A DNA stretch of 64,000 nucleotides. Source: Tubiluchus corallicola. Its lineage: Eukaryota > Animalia > Priapulida. Positions 25,576 to 37,960 of this stretch are shown in pieces. A program made the position numbers and the translations under genes. Positions within the stretch are counted from its first letter, which is position 1. Each line of letters begins with the position of its first letter. Below the pieces are notes generated by a model. The model saw only the letters and a list, made by a program, of their open reading frames with translations. It ran no database searches and had not been told where the DNA came from. The DNA lies in NCBI GenBank assembly GCA_030141605.1, contig JAQGDQ010000318.1:62001-126000 (forward strand), in the 5' to 3' direction.

Positions 25576-26901
25576 GTTCTAGACTGGAAGGCTAGTGGCT
25601 CTCAGACATTAATGTGCACAGGCAGACCAGGATGGGCAACTGTGTCTTTTCGCAGAGGCAAGTACAAACACGTCATGACCCGTATCAACATCAACATGGT
25701 TGATATTCTTTCCGTCGATTTAACTAGACGGATAGTAAAGGTCGAGCCTTTAGTAACCATGGGTCAGCTGACGGCGACTCTTAACCCATTAGGGTGGACG
25801 CTGCCTGTTTTGCCAGAATTGGATGACCTTACAGTGGGAGGGTTAATAATGGGTTGTGGGGTAGAGACATCTTCGCATAAATATGGCCTTTTCCACGAGA
25901 CGTGTGTTGCATATGAGTTAGTGCTTGCTGACGGGAGAGCCGTCCGTTGCAGCGAGGAAGAGAATCCGGATTTGTTTCACGCAATTCCGTGGTCGCACGG
26001 CACTTTGGGATTTCTAGTGGCAGCCGAAATTCAAATCGTTCCAGCAACAAAATATGTTGAACTGAAGTACACGCCTATCCACAGCCGTAGCAGTTTAATA
26101 ACTATGTTCACTGAAGCTGCTTCAAGATCAGAAGAACACGAGTTTGTCGAGTGTTTGGTGTACGGACCGGAAAGAGGTGTGATCATGACCGGGACATTGG
26201 TCAACGAAGCTGCAGACTCGAAAGCGGTGAACAAGATTGGTAGGTTCTGGAAGCCGTGGTTTTTCAAACACGTGGAGAACATCTTAGACTCTCGGGAAGA
26301 TTGTGTGGAGTACATTCCTTTGAGAGATTACTATCACAGACACACCAGGAGTCTCTTCTGGGAGCTGCAAGACATCATTCCGTTCGGAAACAACGCTGCG
26401 TTCCGTTTCCTGTTTGGTTGGATGGTACCACCAAAAATCTCTTTCCTTAAACTCACACAAACCAAAGCTATCAGACGACTTTATGAAAAGTACCATATTA
26501 TACAAGACATGATTGTTCCTCTGAGTAATGTGGGCGAAGCTTTAGAAGTGTTTGATAAAGAGCTAGATTTATATCCACTTTGGTTGTGTCCAGCTAAGCT
26601 GTACCATAAACCTGGCTTTGTGCACCCTGTTGAGGAAAGGGATGTAATGTACTTCGATTTGGGAGCTTACGGACCTCCCAAGGCTAAATCCTACCAAGCC
26701 CAAGAAACGACAAAGCGGATAGAGCGTTACGTCAGAAGCGTTCACGGATTTCAGATGTTGTATGCGGATACTTACATGAACGAGTCGGAGTTTAGGGAAA
26801 TGTTTGATCACAACTTGTACGACAGGCTGCGCAAGGAGTTGAATTGTGCTACAGTGTTTCCTGACGTGTTTGGCAAAGTTAATAAGAATGTTCGCGAATA
26901 G
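25576..26901 (+). CDS. DHCR24: Delta(24)-sterol reductase, exon 2 (FAD-binding domain to stop; protein about 499 aa)
   Basis: [44 protein letters not shown] motifs. Confidence 0.97.
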   Translation, partial: VLDWKASGSQTLMCTGRPGWATVSFRRGKYKHVMTRININMVDILSVDLTRRIVKVEPLVTMGQLTATLNPLGWTLPVLPELDDLTVGGLIMGCGVETSSHKYGLFHETCVAYELVLADGRAVRCSEEENPDLFHAIPWSHGTLGFLVAAEIQIVPATKYVELKYTPIHSRSSLITMFTEAASRSEEHEFVECLVYGPERGVIMTGTLVNEAADSKAVNKIGRFWKPWFFKHVENILDSREDCVEYIPLRDYYHRHTRSLFWELQDIIPFGNNAAFRFLFGWMVPPKISFLKLTQTKAIRRLYEKYHIIQDMIVPLSNVGEALEVFDKELDLYPLWLCPAKLYHKPGFVHPVEERDVMYFDLGAYGPPKAKSYQAQETTKRIERYVRSVHGFQMLYADTYMNESEFREMFDHNLYDRLRKELNCATVFPDVFGKVNKNVRE

Positions 26902-27546
26902 AGTGCTTTCAATCTCAGCACAATTTTCATTTATAATGGCCTAGCTATTGCTTGCTTGCCTTGCACAAGATTTTATACCAGAAGGTCTAATTTACTGGTA
27001 CTGGTAGTGACAGCTCACACTTATTTTAGCGCTTTAAAACACGTGCTAGTGTCTTGTCATGCATAACTAATCCGAAAGCCATTTTGACGCTGCTTAGTAA
27101 AGAAAATTCAAATGTTTAACATTTTATGCACTTCTGAATTCTAGCAGCTGTCTTATAATCAATAGATCAATATTTATATATTGATTACAAATTGCAGGTG
27201 GAGGTTGTTAAAGCTTGGAGTTGAAGTCAAGCGAGCAATGATATTTAGTTGGCTATGCTGTGGTAACCTGGGGATTTTAAGATATAGTACTTGGAACTAT
27301 GGCCAAGTATCTTTACGCTGAAGTGCGGTTGCCTTTTGTGACCCATGAAAGTACTCATTAGGATGGACCTGATTGAATGGTTCGTGGCTAAGAAGTTTAT
27401 ACAGTCAAACCTCTTTATAGAGAGCCTACTTTGGGACAGCAACAAAAACTTATGCGAGTTTCGTAACGAGGTGCCTCAGTACATAAATGTCTATGCATAT
27501 ATATTTCCTGCTGAAGATTGAGTACACAAATGTAGCTACCTATTAT

Positions 27547-27806
27547 CAGGGGTGGAACTAGGAGGAGGCGAAGGGGGGCGCGCACCCCCCTGTCAAAATT
27601 TGTGCCCCCCCCTGCCAAATCGGACAAACAATTTTTTTTTGCAGTAGCCAATAATATTTTTTATCATTAAAATTATAGGCCTGCATGCAGTATAAAAGGG
27701 GTTAAAAATTGGCTTAACCATTATTTAACCACTTCGGATACCTCGCCCCCCCCCCCAGAAAATTTTTGCGCCCCCCCCCTGCTTGCCACATCTAGTTCCG
27801 CCCCTG
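27547..27806. mobile_element. hAT-like MITE
   Basis: TIR CAGGGGTGGAACTAG / CTAGTTCCGCCCCTG; degenerate 8-bp TSD CCTATTAT / TCCATTAT. Confidence 0.85.
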
Positions 27807-29023
27807 TCCATTATTATAATATTTACGTAGATATTATATATAACAGTTTTAATGTACTTATGAGTATTTGCCAATAAGTAATTATGCTTTTAATAAATTT
27901 ATCTCTTTGAGAGCTAGAAATACAATTTGATAATTATTGGTCAAAAATCTTAGCATAGGTTGATCATAATTTACAGGTATTGTAGGTCTAACAATAATGT
28001 TTATTACTGTATCTATTATGTGTCAAACTGACTTGTTTTGTAACAATGTTTTACATCTGTGTTTAATGGTTTTTTTTTCTATTAGACTGTTCTGGAACTG
28101 ATGTACGCATTTTGTGCACAGTTTAATCAATCAGCCTGCTGTTACTAATCTTACTAGGCGGCAGTCAGTGATATAAAACTTAATACTATTATACTGCCAA
28201 TTTAAAATTTGTATAATGCTAACGATAAATTATGTATTTGTACATTTTATATGATCAATTTGAAATACGTCTTTATGAGCGATTCGTAGATTAGTGATTA
28301 ACTATTGTGCTTGTATTCAATCACTCATTTTGGCTAGTCACACATTGTTAGATAGAGCAGCATGTTACCTATATTGCACATTTATCTATGTACGCCTGTG
28401 CGTTACAGATGTAGACTTAATAAGTGTTATTAATGATTTTTAGTGAAAAATATTATATCATTATAGTTGTATGTTTGAAATTAGAATGTACGAAGAGAAG
28501 ATAATGCAGCATACTTAACATCCCTGCAAACTGGCCTACGCATATAATTAATATAATAAATACTATATATATATATATATAGTAATAGATAATATATTAA
28601 TTTTTTGACATAGTTTTCTTATTTATATACTTAAACTTGTCTTCTTTTACTTGTGTATACACATTAGCTGCGCAAAATTAAAATAACGGAAATAGTATCA
28701 TCATTTTCAACCATTTTGCAGTTAACTGTTCAATTATGTTCAGTCATATTAAACCTAAAACTGTTTGTGGTTTGCTAGAAATGCTTCGTTTTGTAGCAAA
28801 TTATTACTCTAATCCAGTAGAGGGTGGTTATTGGCTTTGCTGAATGCACCGCCCAAACACACCAAAGCTATTTCACTATATTTATATGTTGCACCTGTAT
28901 AACAGATATTTAATTCATAAATTAAATTCAAAGCATTGAACTGATTAATATGAAATTTGACAAGACTTTCTCTCAAAATAATGCTATCAATAAGTGGACA
29001 TCAACTTTAACTACTATGTTAAC

Positions 29024-29345
29024 GTATAGATGTAGTATAACTATAAGATTTACATTAAAAAGTAGTTTTCACTTGTCTTGAATGTACTTGAGATAAACTA
29101 TTGTATAGATGTAGTATAACTATAAGATTTACGTTAAAAAGTAGTTTTCACTTGTCTTGAATGTACTTGAGATAAACTATTGTATAGATGTAGTATAACT
29201 ATAAGATTTACATTAAAAAGTAGTTTTCACTTGTCTTGAATGTACTTTAGATAAATTATTGTAATAGATGTAGTATAACTATAAGATTTACATTAAAAAG
29301 TAGTTTTCACTTGTCTTGAATGTACTTTAGATAAACTATTGTATA
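29024..29345. repeat. 79-bp tandem repeat, 4 copies
   Basis: Unit starts at 29024, 29103, 29182, about 29261. Confidence 0.95.
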
Positions 29346-30880
29346 TGATACATATCTGTATGAGTGTATAAAAATATTCACTTTTTGATGGACTATTTAC
29401 ATATTATATGTCAGGACATACAGGACTACCAAGTACCAACAGACATAGAAAAGTATGTTTATTAATCAATGAATTTTTATAGCAGCCTATGATTGTATCG
29501 TAGGCCTACATATGTACGTAACAATTGCTTGTAATACGATATGTCTTAGTTGATTTTATGGAAGATTTTACAGTACTGTAGTTAAAAATCAATAAACGTA
29601 GAAGTAAGAAAAAATGTAGAATATGGTTTGATTTTTATACAACTACATTTACGTCTAGTCCATATATAATAACCTAAACTACCCCAAGAGTTTGTAAAGT
29701 TGATTAAAGGTACATAAATCTAAGACAAACCAATTTAGCAGACCAAATCAAAGAAATTAAATCTATTTACATAAAAGAGCGCAAATTTTATTTACAAAGT
29801 CAAATACAACATTCCTATAAAATCATATCAAGCAAACTAGAGACGTAAAATTGTCTTTTGTTCGTTCACAGCAGTCTGGTTGGTGTACGTTCATTCAATA
29901 TACAATGTTATAGCACTGAGGAGAAACAGTCATACAATAAGAGAATGACAGTAGAGAATAAGCTTGGTCCATAGTTGTTTTGTATTCCTGTCTGTTCAAT
30001 GAGGATAAATAAATTCATATTTTTAAGAGATAGGTGCATGTAAGACTCAGAAAAAGCAAAAACTGCTCATTCAAATTTGAAACAAGTAGAAAATGCAAGA
30101 AAAATGACTTGAACTAAAAGCCCGTTAGACAAACAATGTTAATCGATAACGTGACTGCAATCGGACGTTCGAACAGAAGTATAAAATGTGCATCTTTGCA
30201 GTTTAAAAATCACGATGACCTAAATCAAACAGTCTAGTGCATTAGTACATGTGCTAAAGTTCAGCCAACAGGCAGATATTCTGTACAACGGGCAGACATT
30301 ACATGTAAAACTTAAAGTTTGTTAGTTGGTAACATTTCACATTTGACAATGCTTGAATCTCGAGACTAGACACACCGTGGGACTAGCAGCATTAAGACTT
30401 TCATATTAGCATTAGTCTTGAGATATAAAAATGATCCTCTATTGTACATATGTGCAGTACAGGGTGCCCTCAAAGCAACATGAGTTGTAAATATATATGA
30501 AACCGATATACTATCTGCAGAGTTGATTATTGAACAAAACTCGTCCTCCATCTGTTGTGCAGGAAACAAATTACATGTAACAAGTAGGATCATAAACCGT
30601 ATATAAGTACAAATTTGATTGTGAACTTCAAGGAATTTACCTAGATGAATACAAAATACAAAGTACATCCTGGAAAACAGAGTACATGTTGACATAATAA
30701 ATTAGAGAAACTTCAGTAATATAATCATTTAAGGCAATTTACTTGCAAGTTCAAATCAGGAAGAAGCATGAAAGAACTAGTATTGATTATAGAGCTTTTT
30801 AACTACAGAATCTAAAAATTATTTTTAAAGTTCAAGCATGTTATATCGGATGACTGAAACTCATGTCCTAAAACACAGTA

Positions 30881-31275
30881 CAGTCGACCCTCGTTAAACC
30901 AGACCCCGTTAGCCCGGATATCGGATAAGACAGACGTGGTAAAGGAAAGTGACCGATTTTCGACCGAGCCTGAGCGCTAAACACAACACGGCCTACCAAC
31001 TCACCACGAGCCACTGACTGACCGAAGCGGCTAGCGGTACCGCCCTACGATTCCCGCCAAAATTCAGTTTGCTTACCGCATCGAAAGCACTTGCTAATTT
31101 CTTTATCCTCACAGGTTAACTATTTTAAAGTAATATACAGTATAGTATATAGTGCACAGTATATAGGCCTTATTAAGGTGAATATTCCTGTATAATATAG
31201 ATCATATATAGGCATATTGGATAATCGGCTAAACCGGACCCCCCCCAATTAGTCCGGTTTAACGAGGGTTGGCTG
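30881..31275. mobile_element. Tc1/mariner-pogo-type MITE with TA TSD
   Basis: TIR CAGTCGACCCTCGTTAAACC / GGTTTAACGAGGGTTGGCTG; TA both sides. Confidence 0.9.
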
Positions 31276-31399
31276 TATCATCATCGGTACATGCAGTCTG
31301 TTATTTTGATGAATTTTAAACGAGTTCCTACCGACGGTGGTCCTACACTATCATGTTAAGGTTGAAAGTTTTAATGCAATGGTAAAACAATCGAACTGC

Positions 31400-32203
31400 C
31401 TAGAGATTAAATAAGGATTTATCATACGGCAGATATTTCCTGCATTGCTTAGCACCACAATAACACGCCTTTCGTCCAGTGCCAGAACTGTCGAAAGTCT
31501 TCTTGGGAGAATCGTGCTTCATCTGTTGTGCAGAAAATGAGTTACATGTAAGAAATGAAGGAGCCATCTCACCAGAATAATCATAAGACAGTTCTTCGTT
31601 CGCAGCAATATCCCTTGTCGCAAACAATGCCAGGTGAGGTATATTGTTTAGGAATCGAACAGGTACCATGAACAAGTTTGGATCACAAGAATGATTGATA
31701 AAACGACCCACGTTGCCGCAATACGTCGGGTCAAGGTAGGTAGTTACGACGTCTCCATTGTGCAGATGTTCACGCAACGTTAGACAGTAAATATTATCAC
31801 TTTCAAAGAGAGCGCTCGTTCGACGCTTTGCTTCCAAGTGCGTCAACACTTCACCAGCGTACTCGCACACGAACTGACACCTGCGAACTACGCTTTTTGT
31901 CCGTAAACCGAGGCCTTTCAGATCAGTTTTGAACACTTCTAGCGAAAGACGGATACCTTTTTGAACTACGCGATTTGAGCAGGTAATATCACAGGAGCAG
32001 TTTAGGCTGCACTCAATAACAGGTTTTTGATAGGGGTCACTACAACTGGAAAGGCGTAAGTCACCGCTGACGTCGTATGAACATCCATAGGAAAACAAGC
32101 AGCTGCATTCACGCTCACAACAGCTGGAACAGCTGCAACCCTTAAATTGAGTTTCAAAGTCCTTGGTGTTTGTTCCCGGGCCAGGAATATTGCATGGTAC
32201 ATA
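31400..32203 (-). CDS. SETMAR: SETMAR-type histone-lysine N-methyltransferase, exon 2 (pre-SET, SET, post-SET); no mariner domain
   Basis: TTTCAG acceptor then YVPCNIPGPG...GCSC...; CEYAGEV, RFINHSCDPN, ELSYDY, post-SET CYCGAKQCR; 804 bp open to stop. Confidence 0.92.
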   Translation of the reverse strand, partial: YVPCNIPGPGTNTKDFETQFKGCSCSSCCERECSCLFSYGCSYDVSGDLRLSSCSDPYQKPVIECSLNCSCDITCSNRVVQKGIRLSLEVFKTDLKGLGLRTKSVVRRCQFVCEYAGEVLTHLEAKRRTSALFESDNIYCLTLREHLHNGDVVTTYLDPTYCGNVGRFINHSCDPNLFMVPVRFLNNIPHLALFATRDIAANEELSYDYSGEMAPSFLTCNSFSAQQMKHDSPKKTFDSSGTGRKACYCGAKQCRKYLPYDKSLFNL

Positions 32204-33584
32204 CTGAAACGAAAAAAAAATGCATAGTTATAACAGAGTCAGCAGCTAGTCATCAGGTTTGCTAGATAGCAGCTTTGAAACTGTTCTAAAAATCAAAAAC
32301 GCTGTTTCTTACGCCTATTAACAGGCTTGATTAACACACGTCTTTCTGGTTAACATTCACATAAATTCTTGTAGCTTGCAGCATACTGGCTAACACAGCT
32401 AGGAGCAAAAGAATGTGAACACATATCAAGGTGTCTAATAAATAACGTATTAAATTGGTATTGAAATCACAAAGTCCTAACCAGTTAATAATAAAGGTAA
32501 ATGCACAGTACCTGTGCACACTCCTGGCCACCAGTGCATTTTGACTAGAGGGGAGCTTTTTACCCAAGGGCTAAACAAACAACTAACTGGGTCTGGGGGA
32601 GTGCTACAAAAGATTTAGGGTTTAAGTGAATTTTTTTTTAAATTTTAACATTTCTAACTATGATGTTATTACACGAAAGATGACACGAACCCTTATATAT
32701 GGGCTAGCAGAACTAGTTAATCAAATAATTGATAAATTGTATGTTTACCCTGCATATCAGAGACGAACAGGTACAAACTACATTTTGCATTATGAGATCA
32801 ACGTCTTTTACCATTTTAAAGGTGACTTTTATTGAGTTTCATGCCTCTGTATATTGTACTTTTTAGTGATCTGTCTTGTGTATTTATGCTTTGTGTCATG
32901 GTGAATATGTATATATGTATAATAATGTATATATATGTAAATATTTTACTAGTTTGTATCATAATTTTATAGTATATCTGAGTGTTTTTTAAGTTTTAAT
33001 ATAATGCTATGCTATACACGTACTTTTAAATGTATGAAATAAATTTAAAAAAAGCACGAGCTCCCCCCAGCGAGGCCCGGAGCAGAATCCATAACGCCGG
33101 CGCATTTGAGGACATTTTGCATGCATCCAAGACCTCTTTAAGACGAAATTAGTTTCAGCAATTACTGACATACCTGAAAGTGGAAAATGGCCAACTGTAA
33201 CGCTATTATACCACAAACCTTGGGTGGGGTAAGAGAGAGGGCCTGCAGGGGTATGAAGAGGGCCTACATGGGGTAAATCCGTCCAGTTTGTGTGTTAAAA
33301 AACCCTCGCGCCCACTAAAATTTCCAAGAGATTTAGTACCATGTCAGAATACTGTGCAAAAGTTAAACAATGTGCAACAACTAACCAAAAATATATAAGC
33401 TTGTGATGTGATGTGTGAACATTTTAAATATTTTATGGACATTATAAAGCAGTTTGCATTAACCTTTGTAGCATTTCTTGCATATAAATTATTTTAATCA
33501 CGCAAATGGACAAATAACTAATGCCAGCAGTAGCATTTTTAAGTTTTTGTATGACCCAGTCGGGAGTGAATGATTTGGTTAAAC

Positions 33585-33973
33585 CAGGGGTGTGCAAATT
33601 ATCTGACTAGCCGGGCCACATTAAACATTTTCGCAATTCCTGTGGGCCACATGCAGTTTGGTCAAGGAGCCAAGAACACTAGGACCTGATAAAGATTTTT
33701 TCCATCCGATTTACGCACATCATTACTACTGCACTACTACACCCAAGAAACTATTTTAGAAGTTATTAAAATTTATATTAAAAACCATATGTATATGACA
33801 ACGGTCTTGTAAGGGTTAATGCCATCCGATCTAGAGGAAAAAACTACCCGCACTATCTTTGCGATATTGGCGCAGACTTTAGCTGGATCGCGTGGGCCGC
33901 ACTTTCATTACGTTGACAAACCTCTTCGCGGGCCGCACAAGATCTCTCGGCGGGCCGCAGTTTGCACACCCTG
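33585..33973. mobile_element. hAT (Charlie-like) MITE
   Basis: Perfect 8-bp TSD GGTTAAAC; TIR CAGGGGTGTGCAAA / TTTGCACACCCTG; subterminal GCGGGCCGCA repeats. Confidence 0.92.
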
Positions 33974-34189
33974 GGTTAAACAATGCTCACTACAAACACA
34001 GCAAACTGTTTTTAAATTGTCACAGAGTTCAACAAAATTTCTGTGTTCGACTCTAACTTGTTTGCCTGATAGCAACTGATCAAGCCATCACAGTTCAAGT
34101 TAATTTTTGTGTTAATCAAAAATAGATTCAAACTAAAAATTGTACTATTATGATCTAAGCTATATACCTGTAGTTAAATTCAAAGGGGG

Positions 34190-34807
34190 TCACAAATCTT
34201 CCAGTGAGACGTATCTATTAAGTAATCTTGGTAGGGGAAGTTGATCTGCAACATCAAGAGCCTTCTCGCCTAATTCTTCCCTAATCTGCTGCCGACACAA
34301 CTGCTGCAATGACAAAGGCTGCCGCGAAAGGTACACTAACCAATCACAAAAGTCCTGATCGGATGAAATAGAATCGGGTATCTCGGCTTCGCGTAACCAT
34401 TCCTCCTGATTAGGGTTACATCCGGCTTCTATCAATAACATTATTGTCTCCTTCACTGCTGTTAGGGGCTTCCCCAAGGCGTGAACTGCTCCGTAAAGGG
34501 GGGTCTTTTCTGGTAGGAAGTAGCAATGACGTAGCTTGCATCCGTGCTTGATCAGAGTCCGAATGATGTCCGTGTTGGCGTGGGTTGCTGCCTCAAAAAT
34601 TGGCGAGTTTCCATCTAAGTCGCGTACGTTAATATCACAATGGAATTTGACCAAGACGTCAACCACATCTCTATACTCGTTACGGCAGGCTATACAGACC
34701 GGCGTGCAGCCGTTGTAGTCACTGCTGTTAATGTCGCTGCCATCCTTGACGCAGACTTCAATCAAGTCTACCATGTGAGTCTGTGCAGCGCAATTGATAA
34801 TACTCAT
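34190..34807 (-). CDS. Ankyrin repeat and SOCS box protein (ASB family), intronless CDS, 205 aa
   Basis: About 4 ankyrin repeats (GCTPVCIA, GNSPIFEA, KTPLYGA) and C-terminal SOCS box PLSLQQLCRQQIR...LPLPRLLNRYV. Confidence 0.92.
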   Translation of the reverse strand: MSIINCAAQTHMVDLIEVCVKDGSDINSSDYNGCTPVCIACRNEYRDVVDVLVKFHCDINVRDLDGNSPIFEAATHANTDIIRTLIKHGCKLRHCYFLPEKTPLYGAVHALGKPLTAVKETIMLLIEAGCNPNQEEWLREAEIPDSISSDQDFCDWLVYLSRQPLSLQQLCRQQIREELGEKALDVADQLPLPRLLNRYVSLEDL

Positions 34808-35149
34808 TTTACACCTGGTTAAAATCTATTGTGCACGCCGCAGTCACACACTGTTTCCCACAGACTTGATACAAATGAGTCCCTCTTCACAAAAATGGCT
34901 TTAACTCTGCGGCCCGCACAGGCTCGAGCTTGTAAATGTTTCGTTTCGGCAATAAGGAATGAACCAAATCACGTTAAACTCACAGGTATAATCAGTAACC
35001 TAATCGTAAGCCATGTTGGTTTATTTTACCGATCACAAGACACGATTGGAAGTCATATTGACAAATTTTAAACAAACAACTGACTCAGCAAAACTTCGTA
35101 AACAACAACGTTCGTCTACAGTATCTGCACCAGCAAAGCGACTGCAGCA

Positions 35150-35370
35150 GGTTCACGTCCAGGTCAGCAGAAAAACACGAGCTAATCACGTGGACTCGTC
35201 GCACGTCTAAAACCTTATTGGCTGCCTGTATTCCTGTGTAAAACGGGTAGCGAAGCACGTGACAAAAGCCGCTTGAGCTGCACTAAAACGCTTCATTTTG
35301 ATTGGTTGACTCTCACCAGTGGTCCTGCATAGTGCGCACGCCTTGTAGGTTGCAGCATCTACCGACGAAG
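35150..35370. promoter_or_regulatory. Candidate bidirectional promoter between ASB and CWC25-like genes
   Basis: Locally CpG-rich; CACGTG twice (about 35187, 35256), ATTGG/CCAAT twice (about 35216, 35301); outward-facing donors (minus GTGAGT at 34983, plus AG/GTAATA at 35371). Confidence 0.45.
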
Positions 35371-37960
35371 GTAATAATAATAAGTTTGTAAAGTTACTGT
35401 AAGACAGCAATAAATTTGCAACAGTTATTTGCTTGCCTAAGACTTGATAAAAAGAGTTCAATGAACAGAAGGTTATATCACTATTACATATGAATATGGC
35501 CTATGTATATTACATCCGAAATAATAATACATCCTATATAAAATAATTATAATAATCACATATTCAACCATTATGAGATGTATATGGCCTATGAAATCCA
35601 GCCTGACTGAATATTTTCTTAATTCCACGGGGTAACCACAATGTTATCAAAATGTTTTTGCAAATGTTGGACGAATGTCACCCAAAATGGTAACATTATA
35701 AAATATTGAGTTCCCATAATATTGTACCAATATTTTTTCCACTTTGTGACAATATAGTGACAAGTATATAGTGATATAATACTGCTAAAATACTGTATCA
35801 CCATACTCTTGCATTATTTACAATACTGCATCTTGTGGGAAAATGTGCACACCATATATGGTGGGAATGTATTTGGACAATTGTCCCAGTATCGTATAAT
35901 GTTTGTGCAATTTTTACACATTGTAAACTTCATGCACATACTCTTTCTACAAAATTTTGCTAAACGGAAAATTCAATTTCGAATGAATTTTTGCATGTTA
36001 TAGTTCAATTCTGCTTACTTAGACAGGCACTGTTCTCATATTTTGTTTTAGCATTAACTACTACTCATAGACTTAGTCTAATTATAACTCCAATGAATTC
36101 TGAACTCAGGCCCAAATAAATATTTGAATTTCAGATACGTAAGCGTACCGCAAAAATAATTATTTCACTTCCAATGAATCAATTGCCCGTCAGAAGGATG
36201 ACTAGCTAAGGCAAAATTTTAAAGAGTGATAAAAATAATAAGTATTACGGTAAATATAATTATTCAAAACAAACATAATTATTGCTAACGAATATGTGCA
36301 TTAATTCATTTACTTGTATTTTAATAATTGCAAAAACTGCCACTAGATGACCCCACGCAACAATACCCGATCATTAATCACCGCCTTTCCGCAGCGTAAT
36401 AATAATTGCGATTTTTCCCGAAAACTTGCTTCAGAAAGCTTCATTTGACAATAAGTTTTTCTAAGTTGCCTGCTGTAGCTAATTAAAGCTGTCAGTTACG
36501 AAATGTTGTTGTACATGCACGCAATTCCTCGCAAGTAAGTTCTTTAAAGTTTAGGCCACGGTAGGCGGTTTGTAGTAATTATTAATTACTAGGGTGGCTG
36601 AACAAAAATTATAGAGTGCGCCACCATAGCTGCAAGTGTGTTCATTTGATAGCACTATAAGTATATATTTAATTAAAAAACGCATTTCAAATAATTAAAT
36701 AGTTTTGAAATGACAGGCAGTTAAAGTTCCAAAAAACGGTCACGTTTTAGGAGTAACAAAAAATGGCGAAGTCCGGTTTGAGCAAAATGTTAAAAATGGT
36801 ACTTTTAGCATTCTATTATTTATAGCTAAGAATTCCAAATACAGATTTTAGTATGTTAGCATTGTTAAATGGAATGCATTGCATGAGAAATAATCATATC
36901 GTGTCATATGGCATCATAGTATTCGTTTTTCCAGCATCCAAAAAACCCCCGAATGATGTTTTACCTTAACAGGTGTGAAAATGGACCTTTTATGAAAGTG
37001 TGCTAAGTAGTCAACTTTAGAGTGTTATAAAATATGCCAATTCAGCTGGTAGTTAAGTATTAATATAATTTTTGTTAGCCCAGTGTAGTGTAACTAGATA
37101 ATCATTGGTATTTTGCAACTCCACATTTCTGCTTGGAAAAACCGGGAAAACAGCATTTTCCAGAGTATTACCAAATTTACCATATATGAAAACTATGCGT
37201 TTTAGAAAGTGGGATTTAGTTAGTTACACATAGCCATTGAAGGGATTTTTCTGTGTTTAGTGCCAAGTCCATGTTTTCCTCTTGTACAGGTAAAAATCTG
37301 GGATGAAGAAGCTCCGTTGTCATGGCAACGCATTAATTAATTCTTTGTAGAACTAATCCGAGAGCATTTTAAAGGTATTTGCATCTGACATGCATCTTGA
37401 ATGGACATAGCTCATTTACGAGGAAGGATGAAAACATATCACATTGTAGGAATTTAATGGTAATAAAAATGAATTAGATGTGACACTTCATTGCTCAGAA
37501 GAAGATTGTGTTTCAAACATGCATTTAGTTTTACAAACGTCTTACACTGTGGAGAGACTGAAATCAGGTACAACTGGTTTGTTAATCCACTTTAATACAC
37601 TGTTTTTGCGGGTAAGTATACCAACGGTTTTTATTCTCGCGGAAATAGGCTGCTAGCTATAAAAGCAAGTCATGTTTGTGTGAGAAGTTTTTTCATAACA
37701 GCTATGGGCCTTCATGCAGGGAAAATTCCGGAAAATCCTTGAAAATACAGGCTATCCTGTCCTTTATTATTGTGCCTGTCAACTTGAAAATTATTTTGGA
37801 TTTGCAATTTAAATGTTATTGAATTATAATCTTTATCACTTTTTAGGTCAGATCTCCACGATCTCTGCACAATTTTGGATGAGCATGCCTGTCACAGTGA
37901 CGAGAATATTGCCTGATTTTGCCTGATTTAATACTACAGTGTATAGTCATCAAAGCTACC

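Noticed and set aside
31276-31400. SET-transposase fusion as in primate SETMAR
   Set aside because: Stop codon intact and no transposase ORF downstream
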